DNA of 64,000 nucleotides from Patescibacteria group bacterium (GCA_028716045.1 JAQUQO010000001.1:320942-384941), one strand, 5' to 3'. Shown: positions 38,563 through 48,133, numbered from the stretch's first letter. Numbers and translations are program-made. Notes: generated by a model not told the origin, from the letters alone.

Positions 38563-39126
38563 CTATCCCCTAATAAAACATTTCTCGCAGACGGATTTAT
38601 AAGTATAGGTGCCATCTTCGGGAATAACCGGCGGCAGGCCGCTAAGCAACGGCTCCGAGTTTTTAAACACTTGCGTATATTCCGCTTCCAGATTGCCGCA
38701 ATCTTCGCAAATCGCCTTTTTATAAAAAACATTTTTGGGGTTTAACTCCAATAAATTTTGAACCAGCCGAAACGTTTCTCCGCGATAATCTATATTAAGT
38801 CCGGCGGCCACCACTTCTATCCCCCGCTCTAAAATTTTCCTTATAATCTCCGCTTCTGATTCTTCAAACATATGCAGTTCATCAACCCCGATAATCGGAA
38901 CATCGCTGTCCAGAACTTCGGTTAAATTTTCCACTTTTTTAGCGTCCAGTTCCAACCCTGCCCGCGACCAAATTTTTTCGTCGCGGACATTTTTTATTGA
39001 ATGAAACATTAAAAATTTTGTTCCGTTATCTTTCAGGGAGTTAAAATGATTTATCAAATGCAAAGATTTGCCGCTTTTCATCGGCCCCAAAATAAGAGTC
39101 AGATTTGTTTGATTTTGAAATCCCAT
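38563..39126 (-). CDS. tdk: thymidine kinase
   Basis: GPMKSGKS, VDELHMF, AGLNIDYRGE, AICEDCG and YKSVCEKCF. Confidence 0.92.
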   Translation of the reverse strand: MGFQNQTNLTLILGPMKSGKSLHLINHFNSLKDNGTKFLMFHSIKNVRDEKIWSRAGLELDAKKVENLTEVLDSDVPIIGVDELHMFEESEAEIIRKILERGIEVVAAGLNIDYRGETFRLVQNLLELNPKNVFYKKAICEDCGNLEAEYTQVFKNSEPLLSGLPPVIPEDGTYTYKSVCEKCFIRG

Positions 39127-39128
39127 AA

Positions 39129-40076
39129 CTAAAATCCTATAAATTGCACTTCCTCCTCTAATCTCAAACCAAACTTAGCAAAAACTTTTTCTTTAATCAA
39201 GTTGGTTAAATTTAAAATATCTTTAGCCGTGGCCTTATTCTGATTTAAAATAAAATTGGCGTGCTTTATGGAAACTCGCGCTCCGCCGATTATCTGTCCT
39301 TTTAATCCGCACTGCTCTATAAGCCAACCGGCGGGAATTATCCCTTTTAACGAAAATTCTTCCCGAACGATTGCGCTGACTCTTTCTTTTTCTTTCCCGT
39401 CTAATTTATCCAAATAAACATTTTTAAACATACAGCCGGCCGTTGGATGCGAAACGTCCTGACCTTGCGTCTTTTTTGTCAGATATTCCTGAATCTTCCG
39501 ATTGCTGGCTTCCTTATCGCCCGGTTTTAGATTAAGCACGGCCCGCAAAATTATATCTCCATTATTTTTAAAATCGCTGTGTCGATAAGAAAAACCGCAA
39601 CTTTTATTATCCAAAATAACTATTTCTCCGTTTCGTAAAACTTCCACGCTTTCCACTATGTCTTTAATTTCCCCGCCCCACGCGCCGGCATTGCCGCGAA
39701 TCGCTCCGCCCAAAGTTCCGGGAATCCCCGCCGCCCATTCCAATCCGCTTAAATTATTATTCACTGAAAACATCAATAATTTATTTAAATTAACTCCCGC
39801 TCCGGCCGTGATTTTATCAGCGGATATTTTAAGTTCGTCAAAATCAATCTTAATAACCAAACCGGCAAATCCCTCATCCGCAACAAGGATATTGCTTCCC
39901 CCGCTCAAAACAAAAACGGGAAGATTGTCTTCCCCTGCCGCTCTTATCGCGCTTTTTAATTCCTCAATGTCTTTTACCTCCAGAAAATATCTGGCCGGTC
40001 CGCCGATTTTAAAAGTGGTGTATGGCGCTAAAGGTTCGTCTATTTTTATATTTTGTAATTTATTTAATTCTGACAT
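39129..40076 (-). CDS. murB: UDP-N-acetylmuramate dehydrogenase
   Basis: TTFKIGGPA, GGSNIL, GIPGTLGGAIRGNAGA, AGCMFKN and KHANFI. Confidence 0.97.
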   Translation of the reverse strand: MSELNKLQNIKIDEPLAPYTTFKIGGPARYFLEVKDIEELKSAIRAAGEDNLPVFVLSGGSNILVADEGFAGLVIKIDFDELKISADKITAGAGVNLNKLLMFSVNNNLSGLEWAAGIPGTLGGAIRGNAGAWGGEIKDIVESVEVLRNGEIVILDNKSCGFSYRHSDFKNNGDIILRAVLNLKPGDKEASNRKIQEYLTKKTQGQDVSHPTAGCMFKNVYLDKLDGKEKERVSAIVREEFSLKGIIPAGWLIEQCGLKGQIIGGARVSIKHANFILNQNKATAKDILNLTNLIKEKVFAKFGLRLEEEVQFIGF

Positions 40077-40113
40077 ACAACGAATTAACAAGTTGAGAGA
40101 TACGAAGCAAAAA

Positions 40114-40176
40114 TTATGAATTAGGAATTAGGAGTTAGGAGTTAGGAGTTACAAGTTATAAGTTACGAGTTGCGAG
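40114..40176. repeat. degenerate 7-bp tandem repeat (9 units)
   Basis: TTATGAA TTAGGAA TTAGGAG x3 TTACAAG TTATAAG TTACGAG TTGCGAG. Confidence 0.85.
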
Positions 40177-41565
40177 TTTTAATTTCTGAATTATCTTCAC
40201 TGGCATATCCCCTGCCCCCAAAAGCAAAATCACGTCTGTTTGGTCAAGGACACGCGCGATTTCCCTTTCAGTATAATCTATATCCGGCGTATAAATCACC
40301 TCCCTCTCGCGATTATTTGATTTGTCATGCCTTTTTATGGCTTCCACCAGTTTTTGCGAATTTACATCCTCATCGTCTTTTTCCTCACGACCGGCCACAT
40401 CGTATATTTCATTAATAATAACCAAATCGGCTTCGTCCAGAGATTTTACAAAATTTACAAATAAATTCTTGGTGCGATTATGCTGATGGGGCTGGAAAAC
40501 CGCCACCACGCGCCGATGCGGATAAAAATCCTTAGCCGCTCTCAAAACCGCGCGCAAAGACGTGGGATGATGGGCATAATCGGAAATAAAAATCGCGCCA
40601 TCTTTCTCGCCGATTTTTTCAAACCTCCGCCAAGCCCCCTGATAATTTTCTAACGCTTTTTTAATTCTCTTAACGCTGATTTTTAAGTGAAACCCCAAAG
40701 CAATGACTGCCAAAGCATTATAAACATTGTGCCGTCCCGGGATATTCAAAGAAAAAGTGTCAATTTTTTTACCGTTATGATAAACGTCAAAATATTGTTT
40801 GCCGTTCTCGCTGTAAATGTCTTTAGCCGTGACATTGGCTAAATTGTCTATTCCGTACGTAATCCGGCTTCTCATCGTTTTTATTTCCATGGAATTGGCG
40901 TCATCGGCATTGCAGATAAAAACTCCCTGCTCCGGCAATTTATCTATGAATGACTGGAAGGTTGATTTAATATGGTCTATGCCGGTATAAAAATCCAAAT
41001 GGTCTTCTTCAATGTTAGTGAGCAGAATTATTTTAGGTTCAAGGTTCAGCATGTGAGCCCGATATTCGCAGGCCTCTACGACAAAATTTTCCCCCTTGCC
41101 AAATCTTAAATTACCATCCGTAAAATTTTCCACCTTACTGCCCACAACCACCAGCGGGTCAAACTTGCCGGCTTCCAAAAGCAAGCCAGCCATAGAAGTG
41201 GTAGTTGTTTTGCCGTTAGTTCCACAGATGGCGATAGTATCTTTTTCTTTACTGATTAATCCCAGTACTTCCGGATAACTTAATTGCGGGATGTCAAACT
41301 CCCGCGCTTTTTTTCTCTCCGGATTTTTCTCGGGCACGGCCGCGGAATAAACGACCAGCTCGGTCTTGGGGTCAAGATTGCCGCTTTTGTGTTTGCTAAA
41401 AAAATTTATCTGATATTTTTTTAAATCCTCGGTGATGGCCGTTTCTTCCAGGTCCGAACCGGAAACTTTTTTCCCCTGTTTGGCAAAAAGTTTAGCCAGA
41501 GCCGAAATGCCGATTCCGCCCACTCCGATAAAGTGAATTTTTTTAATTTTTCCTAACTCCACCAT
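40156..41565 (-). CDS. murC: UDP-N-acetylmuramate--L-alanine ligase
   Basis: HFIGVGGIGISALA, GTNGKTTT, VEACE, DYAHHP and FQPH. Confidence 0.97.
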   Translation of the reverse strand: MVELGKIKKIHFIGVGGIGISALAKLFAKQGKKVSGSDLEETAITEDLKKYQINFFSKHKSGNLDPKTELVVYSAAVPEKNPERKKAREFDIPQLSYPEVLGLISKEKDTIAICGTNGKTTTTSMAGLLLEAGKFDPLVVVGSKVENFTDGNLRFGKGENFVVEACEYRAHMLNLEPKIILLTNIEEDHLDFYTGIDHIKSTFQSFIDKLPEQGVFICNADDANSMEIKTMRSRITYGIDNLANVTAKDIYSENGKQYFDVYHNGKKIDTFSLNIPGRHNVYNALAVIALGFHLKISVKRIKKALENYQGAWRRFEKIGEKDGAIFISDYAHHPTSLRAVLRAAKDFYPHRRVVAVFQPHQHNRTKNLFVNFVKSLDEADLVIINEIYDVAGREEKDDEDVNSQKLVEAIKRHDKSNNREREVIYTPDIDYTEREIARVLDQTDVILLLGAGDMPVKIIQKLKLATRNL

Positions 41566-41999
41566 ATAATGAAAATTATTGAGGTTATAAAGAGGCCCAA
41601 AATTATCCCCCAAAATACTTCTCTTAGATTATGACCAATGAGATTTTTCCATTCAATGCCCTCAAAACTGCCATGGAAAATTTTGGCAAAAATTTTGTTG
41701 ACAATATCTTCCTGATGCTGGGCAAAAACGCGGTCGCCGATAACGTCGCGGATGACTATTAAAGAAAACACCAAAGAGGCTATAAACAAGGTGGTAATAC
41801 CTTCGTAAAGAAAAATTCCCAAAGTCAGGGATGTAACCACCGCCGTATGTGTGGAAGGCATGCCGGCGGCCATCAAAAGGTAACGCCAATGGAACCCGGC
41901 ATTTTTGCGGGAATAAATAATCGCCTTTATTGCCTGGGAAATGAGGTCAGAAAAAAGACAACTCAAAATGATTGGGTTGGTAATCAATTCTTTTAGCAT
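41553..41999 (-). CDS. divergent PAP2 family protein (DUF212)
   Basis: SQAIK, GMPSTHTA, VIRD and GHNLREV. Confidence 0.85.
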   Translation of the reverse strand: MLKELITNPIILSCLFSDLISQAIKAIIYSRKNAGFHWRYLLMAAGMPSTHTAVVTSLTLGIFLYEGITTLFIASLVFSLIVIRDVIGDRVFAQHQEDIVNKIFAKIFHGSFEGIEWKNLIGHNLREVFWGIILGLFITSIIFIIWWS

Positions 42000-42175
42000 A
42001 TTATTACATATTAGCACCAAAAAGACGGGGGTTCAAGGGGGTGTATTTTGTAGAAAAACGATTAATCGCGTTTCTACGGGAGGAATGTTTCGGCGATAAA
42101 ATAAAAAACAACCGCTAATTAACGGCTGTTTGCGGAAATTTGTTACTTAATCGTTTTTGGTCTTTTTCTGTTGTG

Positions 42176-42349
42176 CTATAAAAAATCACGATTTTCTTCA
42201 TACACATCAACGCCCTTCTCTAAAAGTAACGAAAGACCGGTGATAATCGGATAAGTAATCACCCAAAAAATTAACGCAATGGTCAAAAGAAAAAATAAAC
42301 CTGACATGATCGCCGCTCGCTTCATTCTCTTTTTAGACTCCTGCTTCAT
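42176..42349 (-). CDS. 57-aa single-TM hypothetical protein (not in the ORF track)
   Basis: AGGAGG SD; MKQESKKRMKRAAIMSGLFFLLTIALIFWVITYPIITGLSLLLEKGVDVYEENRDFL*. Confidence 0.6.
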   Translation of the reverse strand: MKQESKKRMKRAAIMSGLFFLLTIALIFWVITYPIITGLSLLLEKGVDVYEENRDFL

Positions 42350-42379
42350 TTCGATGCCTCCTATTCAGTTTTCAAACTT

Positions 42380-43090
42380 CTATTTTTGTAAAATGCTTAC
42401 TAAATTTTTACCAGTAAACCAATGACCTTTTGTTCCTTTTAAACTATAATAATTCTCTAAAATTGTCAAACCAGAAAGAACGGCTAATTTTTGAATTTCT
42501 TTTTTAGTAAAAGAATGATAATATCTCTTCACTTTTTCTTGACCAAAAGGAACTAAACAATCACCGAAATCCAGCGGAGATTTACCGATAAGCTTTAACA
42601 AGCTATACTTAATAATAAGCGGCCTGTATTTCTTTTGATATAGATTCCAATTAGTCATCAATAAATATCCATCGGGCTTTAAAACCCGCTTCACATTATT
42701 TAAAACTTGGAGTCGAAGCTCTTTTGATGGAAGATGATTTAATACTGCTACCATCATTACCGCGTCAAAATGGTTGTCGGGGAAATTTAAATCCAGCGCA
42801 TCTCCGACTTGGAATTTATCGGCAATTTCCGGATATTTCTTTTTCGCTTCATTTATAAGGGCCTCCGAATTATCAACGCCAAAATAATTTATTGATTTAT
42901 TTTTCAAAAAATCGTATAATCTGCCATTGCCACAGCCCAAATCCAAAACCTTATCCCCCGCTTTAATATATTTGCCAAAAATTTCCAAGTCCGGCCAAAT
43001 ATAACCGCGGGTAGCGGAAAAGTCCCCACTGATTATGTTATAACTTTCCTTAACTTTTTTTAATAATTTTTGCGCAATTTCTTCTTTCAT
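42380..43090 (-). CDS. class I SAM methyltransferase, Trm9/ALKBH8-like
   Basis: YNIISGDFSATR..WP, VLDLGCGNGR, VAVLNHL...R, DCLVPF and RYYHSF. Confidence 0.8.
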   Translation of the reverse strand: MKEEIAQKLLKKVKESYNIISGDFSATRGYIWPDLEIFGKYIKAGDKVLDLGCGNGRLYDFLKNKSINYFGVDNSEALINEAKKKYPEIADKFQVGDALDLNFPDNHFDAVMMVAVLNHLPSKELRLQVLNNVKRVLKPDGYLLMTNWNLYQKKYRPLIIKYSLLKLIGKSPLDFGDCLVPFGQEKVKRYYHSFTKKEIQKLAVLSGLTILENYYSLKGTKGHWFTGKNLVSILQK

Positions 43091-43125
43091 TTGTATATTT
43101 GTAAATTATTCGTAATTCGTATTCC

Positions 43126-44790
43126 ATGCAAGAACAGTTTATCAAAGAAATCATAAAATTAAAACCCCGGACTCCCAACCGGATGTCTAAAATAAAAAGG
43201 CGCCTAGCCAAGCGTTTTGGTATTCCTATTGTTCCCAATTCGGAAGTTTTAAAATATTATCATGAACTATTAGCTAAAAATAAGATTAAACCGGATAAAC
43301 AATTTGAAGATTTAATCAAAAAACGCTCCATTCGCACCCTCTCCGGTGTAGCTCCCGTTACCTTGCTCACCAAGCCCTATCCTTGCCCAGGAACTTGCGC
43401 CTATTGCCCCTCGGAGCCCAATATGCCCAAAAGCTACCTTTCCAACGAACCAGCGGCCATGCGCGCGGTTTTAAACAAATTTGACCCCTATAAACAGGTC
43501 CATTACCGCATTAAAGCGCTGGAAGCCAACGGCCACGATACAGATAAAATTGAATTGATTGTCCTCGGCGGCACTTGGTCTTATTATCCCAAAAAATACC
43601 GTGAATCATTTATTAAATCCTCTTTTGCCGCCGCCAATGATTATCCCAAATTCAATAAATCTTCGGCCAAAAAAAGCTTAAAAGAATTGCAAAAGAAAAA
43701 TGAAACGGCCAAACACCGCATCATCGGCCTGTCTTTGGAAACCCGCGCTGACTATGTAACGCCCAAAGAAATCGCTCACCTGCGCGAACTTGGTTGTACA
43801 CGTATTCAGCTTGGCGTCCAATCAATCTATGACAGCATTTTAAAATTGAACAAACGCGGGCATGGAATCCAAGAAGTAATTAAAGCGACTAAACTTTTTA
43901 AAGATGCCGGTTTTAAAGTTGACTATCACCTGATGCCCAACCTACCGGGTTCTAATCCTAAAAAAGATTTGGAAATGTTTAGGCAACTGTTCTCCAATTC
44001 TGTCTTCCAACCGGACCAACTTAAAATTTATCCCTGTATTGTCAATAAATATTCTTTGCTTTATCAATGGTTTAAACAAGGGAAATTTAAGCCGTACAGC
44101 GATAAGGAACTTTCAGACCTGCTGATTAAAATCAAAGCGCTTATCCCCTACTATGTTCGTTTGAATCGCCTCGTGCGCGATATTCCCAAGGAAAGCATTG
44201 AAGCGGGAAATAAAATCACCAACCTGCGCGAGTATTTACAAAAAAGAATAAAAGAACGAGGCCTGCGTTGCAAATGTATCCGCTGTCGCGAAGCCCGCAA
44301 TAAAACCGCCAACCTTAAACAAGCGAAATTATTTATAGAAAAATACCCCGCCTCCGGTGGAATAGAATACTTTTTGAGTTATGAAAATAAAGACCGCACC
44401 ATTCTTTACGCTTTTGTCCGCCTGCGCTTGCCATCTTTTTATTATTCTAAGCCCGATTTGAAAAAAAATTCGGGTTCAGATTCTTCCCCCGCTAAGCGGG
44501 GTCAGAATGACATATTTAGATTTATTCCGGAAATAAAAGATTGCGCCCTGATTCGCGAATTGCACACTTATGGCCAGCTTATGCCCCTGCGTTCCGAAAA
44601 AAATCTAAAAACAAAAATTCAACATCAGGGTTTTGGCAAAATGCTGATGGCGCAAGCGGAAAAGATTGCTGTCAAAGAAGGGTTTAAAAAAATCGCCGTT
44701 ATTGCCGGCGTGGGCGTGCGGGGTTATTACAAAAAACTGGGGTATAAATTAAAAGGAACTTATATGATTAAACACTTGACAAAAATCTGA
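43126..44790 (+). CDS. elp3: Elp3-family radical SAM + KAT tRNA U34 modification enzyme
   Basis: RTLSGVAPV, CPGTCAYCP, PKSY, LGGTW, ETRAD, LKIYP, CIRCRE, IRELHTYG, QHQGFG and GVGVRGYY. Confidence 0.95.
   Translation: MQEQFIKEIIKLKPRTPNRMSKIKRRLAKRFGIPIVPNSEVLKYYHELLAKNKIKPDKQFEDLIKKRSIRTLSGVAPVTLLTKPYPCPGTCAYCPSEPNMPKSYLSNEPAAMRAVLNKFDPYKQVHYRIKALEANGHDTDKIELIVLGGTWSYYPKKYRESFIKSSFAAANDYPKFNKSSAKKSLKELQKKNETAKHRIIGLSLETRADYVTPKEIAHLRELGCTRIQLGVQSIYDSILKLNKRGHGIQEVIKATKLFKDAGFKVDYHLMPNLPGSNPKKDLEMFRQLFSNSVFQPDQLKIYPCIVNKYSLLYQWFKQGKFKPYSDKELSDLLIKIKALIPYYVRLNRLVRDIPKESIEAGNKITNLREYLQKRIKERGLRCKCIRCREARNKTANLKQAKLFIEKYPASGGIEYFLSYENKDRTILYAFVRLRLPSFYYSKPDLKKNSGSDSSPAKRGQNDIFRFIPEIKDCALIRELHTYGQLMPLRSEKNLKTKIQHQGFGKMLMAQAEKIAVKEGFKKIAVIAGVGVRGYYKKLGYKLKGTYMIKHLTKI
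44478..44512 (+). repeat. palindromic element arm inserted in frame in elp3
   Basis: AGATTCTTCCCCCGCTAAGCGGGGTCAGAATGACA; encodes DSSPAKRGQND. Confidence 0.75.
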
Positions 44791-44844
44791 TATTCTGATA
44801 AAAAAACAATAGAAGCTCCTTAACAACAAGAAACCGGAGGGAAA

Positions 44845-45156
44845 ATGAGTACTGAAGAATTAAATAAAATGCTAAAAAAATGCCCTGTAAATACCCTTTT
44901 ATTTATCAAAATAAACTCGGAAGAAGTTGAAAAGGAAACTAATCGGGAATTATTTTCCAAATTAATTGAGGAAAAGCCCGATGATATTTTATGCTATTTT
45001 GAAAAAAAATTGAGCGATGAAAACCAAACAGGGGTTATTATAGTGGAGGAAATCAGCGAAAAAAGAGAAAAAATTACACTCCACGCCCGACATATCAGCG
45101 AAATCCATATTATTGAAAAAAGCGTGGCCAAAGCCATGCTCGCAAAAAATTTTTAA
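44845..45156 (+). CDS. hypothetical protein (orphan)
   Basis: TTGACA promoter within the elp3 3' end, boxA-like GCTCCTTAACAAC, GGAGG SD and a hairpin at 45161-45199. Confidence 0.65.
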   Translation: MSTEELNKMLKKCPVNTLLFIKINSEEVEKETNRELFSKLIEEKPDDILCYFEKKLSDENQTGVIIVEEISEKREKITLHARHISEIHIIEKSVAKAMLAKNF

Positions 45157-45218
45157 GTTTAATCCCGCCTTAGGCAATCTAAACCAAGGCGGGATTTTTA
45201 TTTTTCTTATTCTCTTTT

Positions 45219-45369
45219 TGTCTTTGCGAGGAGGAGTCCCGAAAACTCGGGACGACGACGAAGCAATCTCTAATACAGCGCCCTTGCCCAAAGCTACGTA
45301 TCAGAGATTGCTTCCCCCTCGACGGCTCGGCCAGAGCTCGCCGAAGTCAAGCTCGGGGTCGCAATGACA
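45219..45369. repeat. REP/RPE-like palindromic element, copy 2
   Basis: Same termini as 33540-33662 and a related spacer. Confidence 0.85.
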
Positions 45370-45443
45370 TTAAAGTTTTATTTCTTGAAATTAATAATAA
45401 AAACTCGTATACTAAAAACAACTCATCAACTTATTTTAAAACT

Positions 45444-46724
45444 ATGTCTTATCTATCAAAATTTGATTCGGAAATCGCCGGCGGGCTGGAAAATGAATTA
45501 AACCGCCAACGGCACGGCTTGGAAATGATTGCTTCGGAAAATATCGTCTCGCGGGCGGTACTGGAGGCCCTGGGTTCGGTTTTAACCAATAAATATTCGG
45601 AGGGGTATCCGAATAAAAGATACTACGGCGGAAACGAATTTATTGATGTTTGCGAAAATTTAGCCATACAAAGAGCCAAAGAACTTTTCGGCGCGGAACA
45701 CGCCAATGTCCAGCCGCATGCCGGCTCGCAGGCCAATATGGCTGCTTACTTTGCCTTGCTTGCTCCGGGCGACAAACTAATGGCTATGAATCTGGCGCAC
45801 GGCGGACATCTGACGCACGGCAATCCGGTAAATTTTTCCGGCCGGTATTATCAAATAATTGCCTACGGTGTCAGGCGCGATAACCAGTTAATTGATATGG
45901 AGGAAGTCCGCGAGATTGCCTTGAAAGAAAAACCAAAACTAATTCTCGCCGGAGCGACCGCTTATCCGAGAAAAATTGACTTTAAAAAATTCCGAGAAAT
46001 TGCCGATGAAGTCGGAGCTTATTTTATGGTGGATATGGCGCATATTGCCGGTCTGGTAGCCGCTAAAATCCATCCAGACCCTATCCCCTATGCCGATGTG
46101 ATTACCACCACCACTCACAAAACTTTGTGCGGCCCTCGCGGGGCGATGATTTTATGTAAAATTGAAGACCGCTTAAATCCCAAAGATAAAAAAAATCTGG
46201 CGCAAAAGATAGACAGCGCCGTTTTCCCCGGACTCCAGGGCGGACCCTTGGAGCACGCCATCGCCGCCAAGGCCGTGGCTTTTAAAGAAGCGTTGGAATC
46301 GGAATTTAAAATTTATCAAAAGCAAATAGTCAAAAACGCTCAAGCTCTCGGACAAGCGCTCCTCGGCCAAGGCATTGACCTTGTTTCCGGCGGAACCGAT
46401 AACCATTTGCTTCTGCTTGACCTTACTAAAACCGGCGTCTCTGGAAAAGAAGCTGAAACCGCGCTGGACGCAGTAGGAATTTATACCAATAAAAATATGA
46501 TACCTTATGACACCCGCAAACCCATGGACCCGTCGGGACTGCGAGTGGGAACAGCCGCCCTAACTACGCGGGGATTGAAAGAAAGTGAAATGGAAATAAT
46601 CGGCGAAATGATGGCAAAAATTATTAAAAATCCCAATGACGAGGCGATTAAAACGGAAGTTAGAAACCAAGTCAAGGAGATTACGGAAAAATATCCGATT
46701 TATCCGGATTTAAGTTATTTATAA
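45444..46724 (+). CDS. glyA: serine hydroxymethyltransferase
   Basis: [36 protein letters not shown] and FPGLQGGP. Confidence 0.99.
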   Translation: MSYLSKFDSEIAGGLENELNRQRHGLEMIASENIVSRAVLEALGSVLTNKYSEGYPNKRYYGGNEFIDVCENLAIQRAKELFGAEHANVQPHAGSQANMAAYFALLAPGDKLMAMNLAHGGHLTHGNPVNFSGRYYQIIAYGVRRDNQLIDMEEVREIALKEKPKLILAGATAYPRKIDFKKFREIADEVGAYFMVDMAHIAGLVAAKIHPDPIPYADVITTTTHKTLCGPRGAMILCKIEDRLNPKDKKNLAQKIDSAVFPGLQGGPLEHAIAAKAVAFKEALESEFKIYQKQIVKNAQALGQALLGQGIDLVSGGTDNHLLLLDLTKTGVSGKEAETALDAVGIYTNKNMIPYDTRKPMDPSGLRVGTAALTTRGLKESEMEIIGEMMAKIIKNPNDEAIKTEVRNQVKEITEKYPIYPDLSYL

Positions 46725-46729
46725 AAACC

Positions 46730-47584
46730 ATGAACATAATTGACGGGAAAGAAATAGCCAAAAAAATAAGGGCTGATATAAAAAAAGAAGTAAAGAATCT
46801 TGGATTCACGCCAGGGCTCGCCACTATTTTAGTTGGCTCTGACCCGGCTTCCCATCTTTATGTCAAATTAAAACAAAAGGCCGCGGAAAAAGCGGGAATC
46901 AAAAACGAAGTTTATCTTTATTTCGCTTCTGTCCCCGAAAAAGAAATAATTGAAAAAATTAAAGAATTAAGCCAGCGCACTGACATTCACGGAATACTTG
47001 TCCAACTCCCCCTGCCGGAACATCTGGATACGAATAAAATAATCGGTTCAATAGACCCGCGAAAAGACGTTGATGGTTTTCATCCTGATAATTTGAAAAA
47101 ATTGGCGGAGGGCCAGCCGTATATTTTGCCCGGATTAGCACTTGGTATTAGGAAATTGATAGAAGCTACCGAAGTGAATCTTGAAAATAAAAAAGCATTG
47201 ATTGTTTGTAATAGTGGTGTCTTTGCCGAACCCATTGAACGAGTTTTGGCTGCAGACAAAATTATTGCCAGCCACGCCAACCCCGATGATATCCAACTTC
47301 AAGAAAAAACTAAAAAAGCGGATATTTTGGTCGTGGCCATAGGCCGTCCGAACTTTGTCGGCAAAGAAATGATAAAAACCGGCGCCATTATAATTGATGT
47401 CGGAACCAACCGTACGGAAGAAGGCGTAGTCGGCGATGTGGATTTTGCCAGCGTCAAAGATACCCCTGGCTTTATCACGCCCGTGCCGGGCGGAGTGGGG
47501 CCCGTAACGGTAGCTATGTTATTACAAAACACATTGAAAATAGCCAACAACTCAAAAAGAAAAACGAACGACGCCCTGAACTAA
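46730..47584 (+). CDS. folD: bifunctional methylene-THF dehydrogenase/cyclohydrolase
   Basis: PGLATILVG, GILVQLPLP, KDVDG and TPVPGGVGP. Confidence 0.97.
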   Translation: MNIIDGKEIAKKIRADIKKEVKNLGFTPGLATILVGSDPASHLYVKLKQKAAEKAGIKNEVYLYFASVPEKEIIEKIKELSQRTDIHGILVQLPLPEHLDTNKIIGSIDPRKDVDGFHPDNLKKLAEGQPYILPGLALGIRKLIEATEVNLENKKALIVCNSGVFAEPIERVLAADKIIASHANPDDIQLQEKTKKADILVVAIGRPNFVGKEMIKTGAIIIDVGTNRTEEGVVGDVDFASVKDTPGFITPVPGGVGPVTVAMLLQNTLKIANNSKRKTNDALN

Positions 47585-47590
47585 GTTGAA

Positions 47591-47669
47591 GGGCGGAGTG
47601 GGGCCCATGACCGTGGCCATGCTTTTATATAATACTTTGGAAATTGCCAAAAGGGTTGACAACTATTAG
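47591..47669 (+). pseudogene. displaced duplicate of the folD 3' end
   Basis: GGVGPMTVAMLLYNTLEIAKRVDNY*; begins with a 16-bp exact repeat of 47488-47503. Confidence 0.9.
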
Positions 47670-47788
47670 ATAATTAATTAATATATAATTTGTATTCCTG
47701 GTGGTACTTTTGCTGAAATGGGCGCATTAAATTTATCTATCAATAAACAAAATACTTTGAAAACAAAAAATACTGGAAGGAGTAGAAA

Positions 47789-48133
47789 ATGAAAGAAAAC
47801 ACAACGACAAAACCCCAATTTTATATCAAAGAAAAAGGCGAATTTAAATCAACGGAATTAACCCATAATGACCGAATTAGGGTCTTTACTTACCGTTCAG
47901 AAGAGATACATCTATTCAGAGGAAAGAAACGTATCTATATAAAAATAAACCCACAAAACAAAAAACCGAAAAAATGTATAATAAAAACTAGAATGCGCTT
48001 TTATTCTGTAAACGAAGAAGATATGGTACCGCTAATAATGGCCTGTATGTCTCTTTTACTACCAGTTGGGTTGGCTCTAGAGACAAATCCTAAATGCGAG
48101 AAAGAAATAATAATAAAAAAAACGAACTCCTAA
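47789..48133 (+). CDS. hypothetical protein (orphan)
   Basis: boxA-like ATACTTTGAAAAC, AAGGAG SD and a terminator at 48146-48173. Confidence 0.6.
   Translation: MKENTTTKPQFYIKEKGEFKSTELTHNDRIRVFTYRSEEIHLFRGKKRIYIKINPQNKKPKKCIIKTRMRFYSVNEEDMVPLIMACMSLLLPVGLALETNPKCEKEIIIKKTNS

Noticed and set aside
44989-45367. ORFs 44989-45291 (-) and 45113-45367 (+)
   Set aside because: They run through a terminator and a palindromic repeat and are likely spurious.
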